From Polyangiaceae bacterium (lineage in GTDB: Bacteria; Myxococcota_A; Polyangia; Polyangiales; Polyangiaceae), in contig CBDCTZ010000011.1 of assembly GCA_965222375.1 (NCBI GenBank), positions 384,001-448,000 of the forward strand: a stretch of 64,000 bases of DNA. Direction: 5' to 3'. The number at the start of each line of letters is the position of its first letter. The stretch's first letter is position 1. Positions 47,329-57,539 of the stretch are shown piece by piece. The notes below the pieces were generated by a model, which was not told where the DNA came from, did not search any database, and worked only from the letters and a program-made list of their open reading frames with translations. The translations under genes and the position numbers were made by a program.

Positions 47329-47410
47329 AGCCGTTGAGTTCGGGGTGGGTGTCGACACGCGTCGTTGCGTGCGAGACCACGGTGCTTGACTCCGGGGCCC
47401 GGCCCCGGAA

Positions 47411-47890
47411 ATGTGCCTGTTCATGACCACCGATGCGGCTGATCCGGGGCTGTTGCAGGCGCAGCCGCAGAGTGAAGACGCGGATGCGGCACCAAGTCAG
47501 GGCGCTGAATACGAGTTTCAGCAAACCGAGAACTTGGTGATCGGCGCCTGCGCTCACAGTGCACGGATCTTCGGGATCCTGTGCACCATCAGTGGCGTCG
47601 TGCATGTCGTGGCGGTTGCCATGGCCCTCGCGGGTGTGATCGAGGCCAGTGGGATCATTTACTTGCTGCCGACGGCGGTGTTCAACATCGTGCTCGGTAT
47701 CCTGCTGTTTCGTGCCAGCACTGCCCTGAGCAAGGTAGTGACTACGGCCGGCAGCGATGTCACTTTGATGATGTCCGCCCTCACGAATCTATCAAAAGCC
47801 TTCGTGGTGCAGATCGTGCTGACGGTGGTGGTGCTCGTCGCGATTACGGGCACCATCGTCGCGCTCGCATTAGCTGCGCGAATGACTTGA
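47411..47890 (+). CDS. Hypothetical membrane protein (about 3 TM helices)
   Basis: EYEF...EN..I motif followed by hydrophobic helices. Confidence 0.7.
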   Translation: MCLFMTTDAADPGLLQAQPQSEDADAAPSQGAEYEFQQTENLVIGACAHSARIFGILCTISGVVHVVAVAMALAGVIEASGIIYLLPTAVFNIVLGILLFRASTALSKVVTTAGSDVTLMMSALTNLSKAFVVQIVLTVVVLVAITGTIVALALAARMT

Positions 47891-47937
47891 GCGCCGCGGC
47901 CCTTGACCGTCCTGGTCTAAAGGGTCAGCGTTAGGCC

Positions 47938-48828
47938 ATGCGCGGGTGGATTCTTGGGGCTGCAGCCCTGCTAGTTGGCGGTGTTGCCGCCTGTGGGGCC
48001 AGCTCAGCCAACGATGGGCCCGGGGGCGGCGCCAGCGGTGGCAAGGGTGGAAGCAGCGCGAGCGGAGGCACCGGCGGCGGCATCGTCCTCGACTCCGGAA
48101 CGGGTGGAGGCGCCGGGGACGGCGGCGTGTGCGAGCAGAGCGTCGACGTGGTGTTCGTCATGGATGTTTCCACGTCCATGGGGCCATTCCTTTCGCGGCT
48201 TGCCAGCGAGATCGAAGTCGTGGACACGGCGGTGCAAGGGCTCGGGCTTCCGGCGCCGCCGCGCTACGGCCTGGCCGTATTCGTCGATGACGTGTTGATG
48301 GTCAACAATGGTCAGCCCTACACGGACGCCAAGGCGTTGAAGGCGGATTTCGAAAAGTGGAGTGGATTTACCTCCAGCAACAAGCAGGTCGGCTCCTCGA
48401 TTTCCAACACCACCTTCCCCGAAAACAGCCTGGACGCCCTGTACGCGGCGGCTGCACAGTTCGCTTGGCGGCCCTTGGGCAGCGTGCAGCGCTTGATCAT
48501 TCACACGACCGACGACACTTTTTGGCAGGGTCCAGGGACCAAGAACAGCGTCAACGTCCTGCACAACTACGGTGAGGTTCAGCAGATCCTCCAGAAGAAT
48601 CAGATCCGAGTCTTTTCCTTCGCGGAGAAGCTGGGCGGCTCTTGTGAATGCGAGGATGTGACTGCGGGGTGGTTTGGTCCCTATGTGGGTTCGCCGTCGC
48701 TGCCGAGTTCCACGGGTGGTGGGGTGTTCGAGTTGAACCAAGTCATGAGCAATCAGACCTCGCTCTCCGCGAGCATCAACGGTGCCGTCGACGGCAGCTT
48801 GTGCCAGCCGTATCCCACGCCTCGCTAG
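47938..48828 (+). CDS. vWA domain lipoprotein
   Basis: Lipobox, Gly linker, DVVFVMDVSTSM MIDAS motif, ENSLDAL, TDD. Confidence 0.85.
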   Translation: MRGWILGAAALLVGGVAACGASSANDGPGGGASGGKGGSSASGGTGGGIVLDSGTGGGAGDGGVCEQSVDVVFVMDVSTSMGPFLSRLASEIEVVDTAVQGLGLPAPPRYGLAVFVDDVLMVNNGQPYTDAKALKADFEKWSGFTSSNKQVGSSISNTTFPENSLDALYAAAAQFAWRPLGSVQRLIIHTTDDTFWQGPGTKNSVNVLHNYGEVQQILQKNQIRVFSFAEKLGGSCECEDVTAGWFGPYVGSPSLPSSTGGGVFELNQVMSNQTSLSASINGAVDGSLCQPYPTPR

Positions 48829-48858
48829 CCCGAGCCGCGCGCTGAAGAGCGCTCAGGC

Positions 48859-51800
48859 TCATTCGGCGAAGCGCTTGGAGCGGTCGTTGAGCAGCGCGCG
48901 CCAGGCCTCGATGCGTTGGCGCGCGTGTTCCGGCCAGGGCATGCGGGACAGCCGCGCCAAGAGGTGGGGAGCATGGTCGCCGGCCCGAGAGCGATCGCCG
49001 AACACCTCGGCGGCGGCTTCCAGGGACTCGTAGGCCTTGTCGTGCTCGTCCTGCATCCACAACAGCCAGGCGCGGGTCAGCAGATAGTGCTGTCGCGGCT
49101 CCGCTTCCTCGACTTGGTAGGTCTCGGCTTCTTCTAGCAGCTTTGCGGCTGCTTCAGTGTCTCGACGCGCGAGCGCGATCTGACACGAGAGCAGAGTCGC
49201 CTCCAGCATGCCCCAGGGGTCTCGCATGCCCTGGTAGATCTGCGCGGCCTGCGCGCAGTGCAGCTCAGCCATGTCCAGATCGTCCGTGTCGATGCCGATC
49301 ATGCTGAGCAGGCGCTCCGAGCCTGCATGGCCACGGGGGTTACGCAGGGGTTCGAAAGAACCAAGCGCGTCCCGAGCGCCGACCTCTGCATTGTAGAAGT
49401 TCATCATCCGGTGCTCGACGTGCGCCAAAGACACGTTCGCCTGGGCGAGCCCCAAGCGATAGCCGGCTGCCTCGAATTCGGCCTTGGCCTCCAGCGTCAA
49501 GCGGCGTGCCCGCTCCGTCGCGCCCTCGGAGTGCTCGATCCACGACAGCAGCAGCAGGCATTGTCCGCGCCCCAAGGATTGCCCCAGGAGAGCGAAATGG
49601 GACTCGCCTGCCTCGATCACTTCTCGAGCTCGAGCGTAGTTGCCCAAGAGGTATTCGATCTCACCCAGCACCGCCTCGCTCTGCGCTTGACCGATGATGT
49701 GGCCTAGCTCGGTGAAGATCTCGTGGGCGAGGCCGACCAGGAGCGCTCCCTCGCCGCTCTGCCCGCGCTCGCTGGCGAGGTGCCCGAGCAGGCGCAGCGT
49801 GTGCGCGAGGCTCTCCTGATCTTCCAGCTCCTCGAAACGCTCCCGCGCGATTTCCGCGTGAGTCGTGGCTTCTTCGGTTCGACCTAGGTGGCGCAGCGCC
49901 TCCGCCTGCCAGCGGTGCTTCATGGCCAGGGAGCGGCCCTGTAGGTGGCCCTTCAGTAGCTCCAAATCCCCCAGGGTGGCCAGGGGCTCGCGAGCGCCGA
50001 GCCAGGCATTGTTCAAGAAATCGAAGAGCAGGCCGGCGGCGGCATCGGCTTCACCGGCGTAGAGCAGGTTCGCTACGCGCTGACGAATGATTCGCCGAGA
50101 CGCTGCCAAGGGGTGCAGCGCCAAAGCGTCGGACGCGGCAATGAACAGGCTCTTTGCGTCGTCACGCTCGAGCAGCGTCGCGAGCAAGTGCTCCTGCAAT
50201 AACGCGTGAGGCCAATGGTAGCGACCTGGCCCTCGCGGCAACACGATCTCGGCGTTCTGCAAGCTCACGATGGCGTCGTCCGCAGGCAACCTCAGGCCCG
50301 TCAGGAGCGCATGCAGCACATTGCGGCGAATGTCCCCACCCAAGGTCGCAACCGCATACGCCGCCAAGCGGTGGGTCTCGGGCATGGCCGACACGCGGCT
50401 GTCCCAGAGTTCCGCCGTGGTTTGGGGCCGAACCGTGAGCACCTCTTCGGGAACGCTGTACACACCGCTATGCAGTTGCATGTTGCCGCCGAGGGCCCAG
50501 GCATGAAGCTGTTGCAGCGCGAAGAGCGGGTTGCCACGACTGCGTCGCGCGGCCTCCTCCACGGCGGCGGCATCCAGGGGTAAGGACGCGCGCAACAGAT
50601 CCGCTGTGGTCTCGGGATCCATGGGCTTGACCTCCGTCACCACACCATCCATCAGTTCGCGCAACTGCCGCAGGCGTTCCGCTGCTTCCGCTCCCAGCTG
50701 CACGTCTTCGGAGCGCACCGTGCCCACGATCACGATGCGCTGGTCGGGTTCTTCGGCGTGGATCCGCGCGAGCCCCTCGAAGGTGGACGGCCCCGCATGG
50801 TGCAAATCGTCCATGAAGAACAGCAAAGGACGACCCCGGGCGATGCGCCGCAGGGTGTAGCGAATGACGAGGCGGCGGGTGTCTAGAGTGTCCAGGGTGA
50901 AACGAATTCCCGTGGGACCCACGGGATCCGCGGGCGGAAGTGGCCTGAGCCACTCCGATGCGCCCGCGACCCACGCCCGGCCATTCTTATCGTCGGCGGT
51001 CACCTTCCAGCGCTGCAACAAGGACTTTTCGATGATCTCCCGGGAGGAGCGTTCGAAGTTGAAATACTGGGTCACGCCGCCCAGCATGCCGTCCAGGGGG
51101 CTCCGTATCGGGCGGTAGCGAGCGCGAAGAGGAATCATCGTGCCCTCCTCGTGCACGACTTCGCACAGCCACTCTGCGATCCGGCTCTTGCCCACGCCAG
51201 CATGTCCTACGAGAATGACCAAGCGGTGCGACGCGCCGTTACCCTCGATGACGTCATCGCAAACGTCGCGCAGCACTCGTTTGACATCGTCGCGACCCAC
51301 CAGTGGGCTCGGCCGAATGCTCAACAGCCCGGCAGAGCGTTGGGGTTTCGTGCTCGTCGCGATGGGTCGCCCCTTGGGACCCGACTTGTGGCTAGTTGGC
51401 GGCGCGGGGCGATCGTAACGAGGCAGCTTAGGAAACACCCAGGCGTCGGAGTCCGTGTCCGCGCTCGGGCGCCACTGGGCCCACACTCCGCGGGCTTCTG
51501 CTGCATATTCCCAGCGATCCCAAGGACGCTTGGCTAGCAGCCGGTGCACGAAGGCCACGACCCCGGATGGAGCGGGGATGGCGAGCTTGAGCTCGGGGAT
51601 TTTTTCGAAGGCATGCAGGCGCAGCAGCTCCTTCGGATCTCCGGAAAAGACGCTGCGCCCGGACAGCAGCTTGTAGAGCACACAGCCAACTGCATACAGA
51701 TCCGTCGCGCCGCATACGTGATGCATCTCGTGTTGGATCTGCTCCGGTGCCATGTAGCCCGGGGTTCCCGCGCCGGCGTGGGGCGCGAATTCCATGGCCT

Positions 51801-52698
51801 TGGCACCATCCAGCCGCTCGTCGTGGGGGTCTTGCTTCAACCACGCCAGGCCGAAATCGAGGATGTGCACCTCCGGCGGTGCGCCCTCCATCTCTTCGAC
51901 CAGAACGTTGGAGGGCTTGAGATCGCCGTGAATGATGCCCCGGGCGTGAGCGTGAGCGAGTGCACCCAGCACTTGGTCGATCACGAACCAGATCAGCTCG
52001 AAACGATTTGGAACCTGAGACAGGTCGTGCAGGGATACACCTGCTGCCAGATCCATGGTGAGGTAGGGCGTGCCGTCCGCCAACTGCCCAAAGTCCGTGG
52101 CGTGCACGATGCACGGGTGGTTCAGGGCGGCCAGGGCGCGGGCCTCCTTGTAGAACCACATGACGTATTCCGCGGCGAGCTTACTCTCGGGGGGGATCAC
52201 CCGCTTCAGCGCCACCTCGCTGCCCGTCGACTGATCTGTGCAGCGGTAGACGATGCCCATGCCGCCTTCGCCGATGACCTCTTGAACCTCATAGCGGCGC
52301 GCCAGCACCTGGCCCGGCACGACGGCCGAGGGGGTGCCGATGGGCGTGATTTCCGGCGCGGACACGCTCAAGATGGAGCTGACCTTCAAGGAGGCCGCGC
52401 TGGGAATGCTTGGCGGCGCGCTGTCGTCGTCGTCGGGATCGGGCTCCGGGGGGCGTCCAGAAAGTCGGGCCGCGGCGGTCGTATGGGAGGTGTCGCTCGT
52501 GGGCTGCGATGGCCGTGGGGAGATCGCTCCCGACGCCGGACGCACCCCTGCATCCGGCGGAGTGGATTTCGCCGGCGGCGGAGCTACGGGCTCGTCTTCG
52601 GAATTGCCCCCTTCAGCCATCGGCGGCGCGAGTTTAATCACGGCCTCAGTGAGGTCGAGGCCCTCGGGTGAGATTTTCAGTTTACTAGAATTGTCCAA
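48859..52698 (-). CDS. Ser/Thr kinase-P-loop ATPase-TPR multidomain protein
   Basis: GEGGMG, HGDLKPSN, DFG, GTPGYMAPE; LVGR, GHAGVGKS, DDLH, GNPLF; helical C-terminal repeats. Confidence 0.92.
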   Translation of the reverse strand: MDNSSKLKISPEGLDLTEAVIKLAPPMAEGGNSEDEPVAPPPAKSTPPDAGVRPASGAISPRPSQPTSDTSHTTAAARLSGRPPEPDPDDDDSAPPSIPSAASLKVSSILSVSAPEITPIGTPSAVVPGQVLARRYEVQEVIGEGGMGIVYRCTDQSTGSEVALKRVIPPESKLAAEYVMWFYKEARALAALNHPCIVHATDFGQLADGTPYLTMDLAAGVSLHDLSQVPNRFELIWFVIDQVLGALAHAHARGIIHGDLKPSNVLVEEMEGAPPEVHILDFGLAWLKQDPHDERLDGAKAMEFAPHAGAGTPGYMAPEQIQHEMHHVCGATDLYAVGCVLYKLLSGRSVFSGDPKELLRLHAFEKIPELKLAIPAPSGVVAFVHRLLAKRPWDRWEYAAEARGVWAQWRPSADTDSDAWVFPKLPRYDRPAPPTSHKSGPKGRPIATSTKPQRSAGLLSIRPSPLVGRDDVKRVLRDVCDDVIEGNGASHRLVILVGHAGVGKSRIAEWLCEVVHEEGTMIPLRARYRPIRSPLDGMLGGVTQYFNFERSSREIIEKSLLQRWKVTADDKNGRAWVAGASEWLRPLPPADPVGPTGIRFTLDTLDTRRLVIRYTLRRIARGRPLLFFMDDLHHAGPSTFEGLARIHAEEPDQRIVIVGTVRSEDVQLGAEAAERLRQLRELMDGVVTEVKPMDPETTADLLRASLPLDAAAVEEAARRSRGNPLFALQQLHAWALGGNMQLHSGVYSVPEEVLTVRPQTTAELWDSRVSAMPETHRLAAYAVATLGGDIRRNVLHALLTGLRLPADDAIVSLQNAEIVLPRGPGRYHWPHALLQEHLLATLLERDDAKSLFIAASDALALHPLAASRRIIRQRVANLLYAGEADAAAGLLFDFLNNAWLGAREPLATLGDLELLKGHLQGRSLAMKHRWQAEALRHLGRTEEATTHAEIARERFEELEDQESLAHTLRLLGHLASERGQSGEGALLVGLAHEIFTELGHIIGQAQSEAVLGEIEYLLGNYARAREVIEAGESHFALLGQSLGRGQCLLLLSWIEHSEGATERARRLTLEAKAEFEAAGYRLGLAQANVSLAHVEHRMMNFYNAEVGARDALGSFEPLRNPRGHAGSERLLSMIGIDTDDLDMAELHCAQAAQIYQGMRDPWGMLEATLLSCQIALARRDTEAAAKLLEEAETYQVEEAEPRQHYLLTRAWLLWMQDEHDKAYESLEAAAEVFGDRSRAGDHAPHLLARLSRMPWPEHARQRIEAWRALLNDRSKRFAE

Positions 52699-52848
52699 TA
52701 GTTGCCAATGGTTACGCGAGCCGGCTCGGACTGGGACGAGCGCGGTGGCCCCCGGCCACCCCCAGACAACGACAAAGCCATGGCATTCATGCCCGGGAAG
52801 GGGGCCAGAGCGAGAATCTTGGGGGCCTGCCGGTGTACCCTCCCCGGC

Positions 52849-54108
52849 ATGAACTCGGCCTTCGATCCCGCCCTAGCTGAACGTGATCCTGAGATCAGTG
52901 CCCTGATCCGCGAGGAGGAATCCCGCGAGACGGTGAAGCTCCGCCTGATACCGAGCGAGAACTACGCCTCCCGTGCCGTGCTCGAGGCCTCAGGCTCCGT
53001 GCTCACCAACAAGTACTCCGAAGGATACGCTGGCAAGCGTTACTACGAAGGCCAGCAGATCGTCGATCAGGTCGAGCAGCTAGCGTGTAGCCGGTTGAAG
53101 GAGGTATTCGGCGCGGATCACGTCAACGTGCAGCCGTATTCCGGCAGCCCCGCGAACCTCGCTGTGTACCTCGCGTTCTGCAAACCTCACGACCCGATCA
53201 TGGGCTTGGGCCTGCCCGCGGGCGGGCACCTCACCCACGGCTGGAGCGTGAGTATCACTGGCAAGTACTTCAAGAGTCACGCCTACGGGGTTCGCAAGGA
53301 TACGCACCGTATCGACTTCGACGAAGTGCGCAGTCTGGCCAAGGAGCACAAACCAAAGATCCTCTGGTGTGGCACTACGGCATATCCCCGCGTGCTCGAG
53401 TTCGAAAAGTTTCGCGAGATCGCCGACGAAGTCGGCGCCGTGCTCTGCGCTGACATTGCTCACATCTCCGGGTTGGTCGCCGGCGGCGCACATCCTTCAC
53501 CCGTTGGCACCGCCGACGTGATCACCAGCACGACCCACAAGACTCTGCGTGGCCCTCGCGGCGGTATGATCATGTGCAAGGGTGAGCACAAGAAAGCCAT
53601 CGATCGCGCCGTCTTCCCAGGGCTGCAGGGCGGCCCCCACAACCACACCACCGCTGGGATCGCGGTTGCGGCCAAAGAAGCCCTCGCCCCGGAGTTCAAG
53701 TCCTACGCTCGCGCCGTGGTGGACAACGCCAAGACGCTTGGTGAGGCCCTCGCCAGCAAGGGTTTCGCCCTGATTACCGGCGGCACCGACAATCACCTGT
53801 TGCTCGTGGATCTGACACCCAAGAACATCCCCGGCAAAGTCGCGGCGCAAGCTCTGGACAAGGCCGGCATCGTCGCCAACTACAATTCCATCCCCTTCGA
53901 TCCGCGTAAGCCTTTTGATCCCTCGGGTTTGCGCATTGGAACGCCCTCCATCACCACGCGCGGCATGGGCGCGCAGGAGATGCAGCAGCTTGCCGACTGG
54001 ATGGATCGCGTGGTGGCCGCGCCGGATGACGAAGCTTTGCTCGCCAAGGTTGCGGCGGAAGTCAGTGAAGTGTGCAAGGGGTTTCCTCCCCCCGGTATCA
54101 CGCAGTAA
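52849..54108 (+). CDS. glyA: Serine hydroxymethyltransferase
   Basis: LIPSENY, NKYSEGY, GGHLTHG, TTHKTLRGPRGG, SGLRIGTP. Confidence 0.98.
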   Translation: MNSAFDPALAERDPEISALIREEESRETVKLRLIPSENYASRAVLEASGSVLTNKYSEGYAGKRYYEGQQIVDQVEQLACSRLKEVFGADHVNVQPYSGSPANLAVYLAFCKPHDPIMGLGLPAGGHLTHGWSVSITGKYFKSHAYGVRKDTHRIDFDEVRSLAKEHKPKILWCGTTAYPRVLEFEKFREIADEVGAVLCADIAHISGLVAGGAHPSPVGTADVITSTTHKTLRGPRGGMIMCKGEHKKAIDRAVFPGLQGGPHNHTTAGIAVAAKEALAPEFKSYARAVVDNAKTLGEALASKGFALITGGTDNHLLLVDLTPKNIPGKVAAQALDKAGIVANYNSIPFDPRKPFDPSGLRIGTPSITTRGMGAQEMQQLADWMDRVVAAPDDEALLAKVAAEVSEVCKGFPPPGITQ

Positions 54109-54127
54109 CGAGCCGGCGGACTAGCGG

Positions 54128-54748
54128 GTGGTTGTCTCTCTGGTCCTGGGGATCCTGCTCGGCTTCGTTGGCAGCATCCCCGCAGCGGGGCCACTACTTT
54201 TCCTCGTCATCGATGCCGGGATATCCCGGGACCGCTCTCGGGCCCTCTCTCTCGCCGTCGGCGGCGCTATTGCCGAGGCGCTCTACGTGGGGCTGGCTTT
54301 TGCAGGGGCCGGGGAGCTGCTTCAGCTGATTCCAGTTTCCCCGCAGGTGCTGCGACTCAGCAGTGCCGTGCTGGTCATGCTGATTGGTGTTTGGATCCTG
54401 CGAACCAAGCCAGGCAGCGCCGGCGAAAGACCCCCGCGACCTTCCGCGACCGCCCTACTCGCGGGGCTGACCTTGGTTCTGTTCAACCCAGGCTTCTTGG
54501 CCTTTTGGTCGGCGGTAGCCGCCTTCGTCTACTCCTCTGGCGCGCTGCAAGCCGGAGAAAGTTCCAGCTTGGCTCTGGCTCTGGGCAGCGCCATCGGCAT
54601 CGTGCTGTGGTTCTCCTCCGTCTACGCCGTCGCTACCCGCGCTACGCGCAACGTCTCTGCATCACGCCTTCACGGGCTGCGACGGCTATTGGGCGGCGTG
54701 CTGATTGCCCTCGGAGCGGGCCTCGGAGTGGCCGCCACGGCAGCGTAG
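54128..54748 (+). CDS. LysE family transporter
   Basis: IPAAGP, LFNPG..FW, multiple TM helices. Confidence 0.85.
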   Translation: MVVSLVLGILLGFVGSIPAAGPLLFLVIDAGISRDRSRALSLAVGGAIAEALYVGLAFAGAGELLQLIPVSPQVLRLSSAVLVMLIGVWILRTKPGSAGERPPRPSATALLAGLTLVLFNPGFLAFWSAVAAFVYSSGALQAGESSSLALALGSAIGIVLWFSSVYAVATRATRNVSASRLHGLRRLLGGVLIALGAGLGVAATAA

Positions 54749-55091
54749 GCCGAAACGCTTTCCCTATCAGTTCGCCTGCTCAGCGCAGTATGTCGACGCA
54801 CAAGACTTCCGGAGTCGCGAAAGTGCGGATCGGGAGTTCCGTCGTGCCCACCCCTCTGGAAACCAACACGGTCAGGCTGTCGACTTGGAAACGGCCAGCT
54901 GCCATCGAACTTGGGCGCCGGACCTATGGCACCTGCACTCGGTCGCGACGACCCCTGCACCCGGTTTTTTGGTTTGTGGTTGGGGGTCGAGCGCTGGGGC
55001 GAATGGTTGCCCTAATCTCGCAATGAACCACCTTGCTCAGCGCGGTCTAGGCGCCGTCGGTCTTGATGATGGTGGTGGTGGGCGAAGAGAC

Positions 55092-56369
55092 TCACTTCTT
55101 CTTGCCAGCAGCTGGGTTTCCCGCCGCTTTGCCCTGGCCGAGGTGCTTGCCCTTGTTGTCGTGGTCCTTGTTCTGACCGAGGTGCTTGCCCTTGTTGTCG
55201 TGGTCCTTGTTCTGACCGAGGTGCTTGCCCTTGTTGTCGCGGTCCTTGTTCTGACCGAGATGCTTGCCCTTGTTGTCGCGGTCCTTGTTCTGGCCGAGGT
55301 GTTTACCCTTGTTGTCGTGGTCCTTGTTCTGGCCGAGATGCTTGCCGCGCTTCGCTTTTGCTGCGATCGCTCCCTTGTCGAACCCGGGGGGGCCATCAAG
55401 GCGGTGGCCCAGCTTGAGTCCTACGCCACGCCAACCTCGGCGGGACCAATGACGCTGCTTCATCCGGCCGTGATCGACCAACACGGCATGCCCCTTCCGG
55501 TGTCCGACCAAGGAAAGGTGAGTCTTCCCGCTGCGTCGAACCAAAAGCGTGATCTTGTGACCTATTGCCCGCTTGCCCAACAAACCCGCAAAGTGTGGCT
55601 TGCCGTCCCCTTCGGCTTCGGTTTCCGGGGACTCTTCCTCCGCGGTGCCGCCTTCTTCTGTCTGGCCGCTTGCTGATTCCGAGTCAGTCGATGCCGACGC
55701 GTTCTTTCTGGCCACGAGCTCCACGACGCTGGATTCCGGTCCTCCGATCAGTAGCTGCACCTTTTCCAGTTGAACCTCCGCTACGCCTCCGGCTTTATCC
55801 AAAGCATAGAGCCGAGCCTCCCCCGACTTTTCGTCGGCAGCCAGCTCGTAGCGTTGCCCAGCCAGTACCGAGACTTCGCCACCGTGGGGACCAGTCACTT
55901 CCTCCGGAATGCTCTCTGACTCCACCGCAGAGCTGACTAAGGCTTTGGTCCCTTCCTTGGGCAGGTGCAGGGCACCGTTGATGGGTGTCCCATCAACAAC
56001 GAGTTGGTAGCGCAACTCCGTTGCCTCTGGATCCAGCGCCGGCCCTTTGGCAACTAGAAGACCCTTACCCTTTTCCGCTTTGAGTTCGGCGGTCTTGGGT
56101 TCAGAGCCTGATAGTCCCATGAAGGCAAGGTTCCCTGTCACCTTGTCGTTGATGAGCTCGCATGAAGTTGAACGAACGGCCAGCTTCGTCTCGCCGTCTT
56201 CACCGACCTCCCAAGTGAGCGTGGCGGTGGGGTATTGCTCCACGAAGGTGGCGCTCGAGTTCAGCGCGGCCTTGACCGAGGCAACTGCCTGAGAGGTCGT
56301 CGCCGACGTTTGATCACATGCAGTGAGAAGAGCACCAGCACCCAGCATGGAAAGAAGCGAAATTCTCAT
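55092..56369 (-). CDS. Hypothetical lipoprotein with C-terminal 13-aa charged repeats
   Basis: AGGAG RBS, LTAC lipobox, GPHGG motif, (GKHLGQNKD(H/R)DNK)x5. Confidence 0.8.
   Translation of the reverse strand: MRISLLSMLGAGALLTACDQTSATTSQAVASVKAALNSSATFVEQYPTATLTWEVGEDGETKLAVRSTSCELINDKVTGNLAFMGLSGSEPKTAELKAEKGKGLLVAKGPALDPEATELRYQLVVDGTPINGALHLPKEGTKALVSSAVESESIPEEVTGPHGGEVSVLAGQRYELAADEKSGEARLYALDKAGGVAEVQLEKVQLLIGGPESSVVELVARKNASASTDSESASGQTEEGGTAEEESPETEAEGDGKPHFAGLLGKRAIGHKITLLVRRSGKTHLSLVGHRKGHAVLVDHGRMKQRHWSRRGWRGVGLKLGHRLDGPPGFDKGAIAAKAKRGKHLGQNKDHDNKGKHLGQNKDRDNKGKHLGQNKDRDNKGKHLGQNKDHDNKGKHLGQNKDHDNKGKHLGQGKAAGNPAAGKKK
55134..55346. repeat. 39-bp coding tandem repeat (about 5.5 copies)
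   Basis: CCGAGGTGCTTGCCCTTGTTGTCG(T/C)GGTCCTTGTTCTG(A/G) units. Confidence 0.9.
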
Positions 56370-56406
56370 TGGTTTCTCCTGTGAGCCATCAAAAATGTGG
56401 GCCCCT

Positions 56407-56423
56407 TGCAGCACCCGTGCCAA
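56407..56423 (-). promoter_or_regulatory. Sigma-54 (-24/-12) promoter
   Basis: TTGGCACG-GGTG-CTGCA about 40 bp upstream of the ATG at 56369. Confidence 0.7.
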
Positions 56424-56510
56424 TCGTCCTTATAGCACGAGCGCAGTCATTAGCGACGCTTCTGCAGGCTACAGTCGACAACGCTAGTGGTTTCGAGTCT
56501 ACGTCCCGTT

Positions 56511-57539
56511 TCAACGCCGTCGGGAATTGGGGCTCGTTGCTCTTGGTTCGGGGCGCAAATAGCACAACATACGCAGCGCATTTCCAGCCATGATCTTGCG
56601 CACGTCCAACATGGGCATTCCGGCCGTGTGGAGTGCGACGGCGAGGCGGGGGTAGCGTGAGGCATTGATCAGTTCGTGGGGCGGGCGCAGGCCCGCTTCG
56701 AATCCGGACCCCACGGCAACGTGGTCCACGCCGCCCACGCGCGCGATGTGACGCACGTGGCGCACCACGTCGCCGAGGTCAGCGCGCTTTCCCCGATGCA
56801 GCATGCGCGGTTCGAAACCCACGCCGATCAGACCTCCCGAGCGCGCGATTGCCAGGATCTGAGTGTCGCTCAGGTTGTTCGCGTGTGCCGCGAGGGCGCG
56901 GGCGCCGGCGTGGGTCGCGACGACCGGCACGTGTGCTTCCGTGGCAATCGCAACGACGTCCACGATCGCACTTTCGCTCAATCCGCTGACGTCCACCGTG
57001 CCGCGGGCCGCATGAATGGCGCGCACCATCTGTCGTCCTCGGGGGCTCAGACGTCCGCCCCGGCCCAAGGCGGAGCCGGCCAGCACGCTATCGCCCCGGG
57101 CGGCAAGCCCGAAGAAGCGCACGCCGCGGGTGACCCAAAGCGGCACTTCCTTGTGGGTCGCAAGTTCGCTGGCGTTGCGGATCGCGAACCAAGTTCGGAT
57201 CCCCGGGCCCGTGCGCCGGCACCCGGGAATGCGCAGTTCCTTGGTCCGAGCCAACGCACGATACAGGTGCAGGTAGCTGGTTTCGAGGTCCGGAGCACTT
57301 GCACTCCAGCGCTCAAGGGGGAGCACGACGCCGTAGGCACCACCTCGGCGCAAGCGAACGGCGTCGGCCTGTCCGCTTCCGAGCATCACGCCCCGGTGAT
57401 GCTGAATAACCTGGAAGGGGAGGTGCACCGAGAGGTCCACCACCGGCACCGCCCGAACCGCTGCCTCTGACTTCCGTGCGCGAGGCACCAGGGCGGCCGT
57501 CAGCCCCATCAGCAGAATCGAGCGCCGCGTGGCGGTCAT
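56511..57539 (-). CDS. Membrane dipeptidase (M19) family protein with Tat-like signal and degenerate active site
   Basis: TRRSIL signal; VDVSGLS, PVVATH, NLSD.QI, GVDHVAVGSGF, GNALR. Confidence 0.8.
   Translation of the reverse strand: MTATRRSILLMGLTAALVPRARKSEAAVRAVPVVDLSVHLPFQVIQHHRGVMLGSGQADAVRLRRGGAYGVVLPLERWSASAPDLETSYLHLYRALARTKELRIPGCRRTGPGIRTWFAIRNASELATHKEVPLWVTRGVRFFGLAARGDSVLAGSALGRGGRLSPRGRQMVRAIHAARGTVDVSGLSESAIVDVVAIATEAHVPVVATHAGARALAAHANNLSDTQILAIARSGGLIGVGFEPRMLHRGKRADLGDVVRHVRHIARVGGVDHVAVGSGFEAGLRPPHELINASRYPRLAVALHTAGMPMLDVRKIMAGNALRMLCYLRPEPRATSPNSRRR

Noticed and set aside
54705..55676. Plus-strand ORF with hydrophobic EVLALVVVVLVL repeats
   Set aside because: Antisense shadow of the lipoprotein repeat; the minus-strand gene has an RBS, lipobox and promoter
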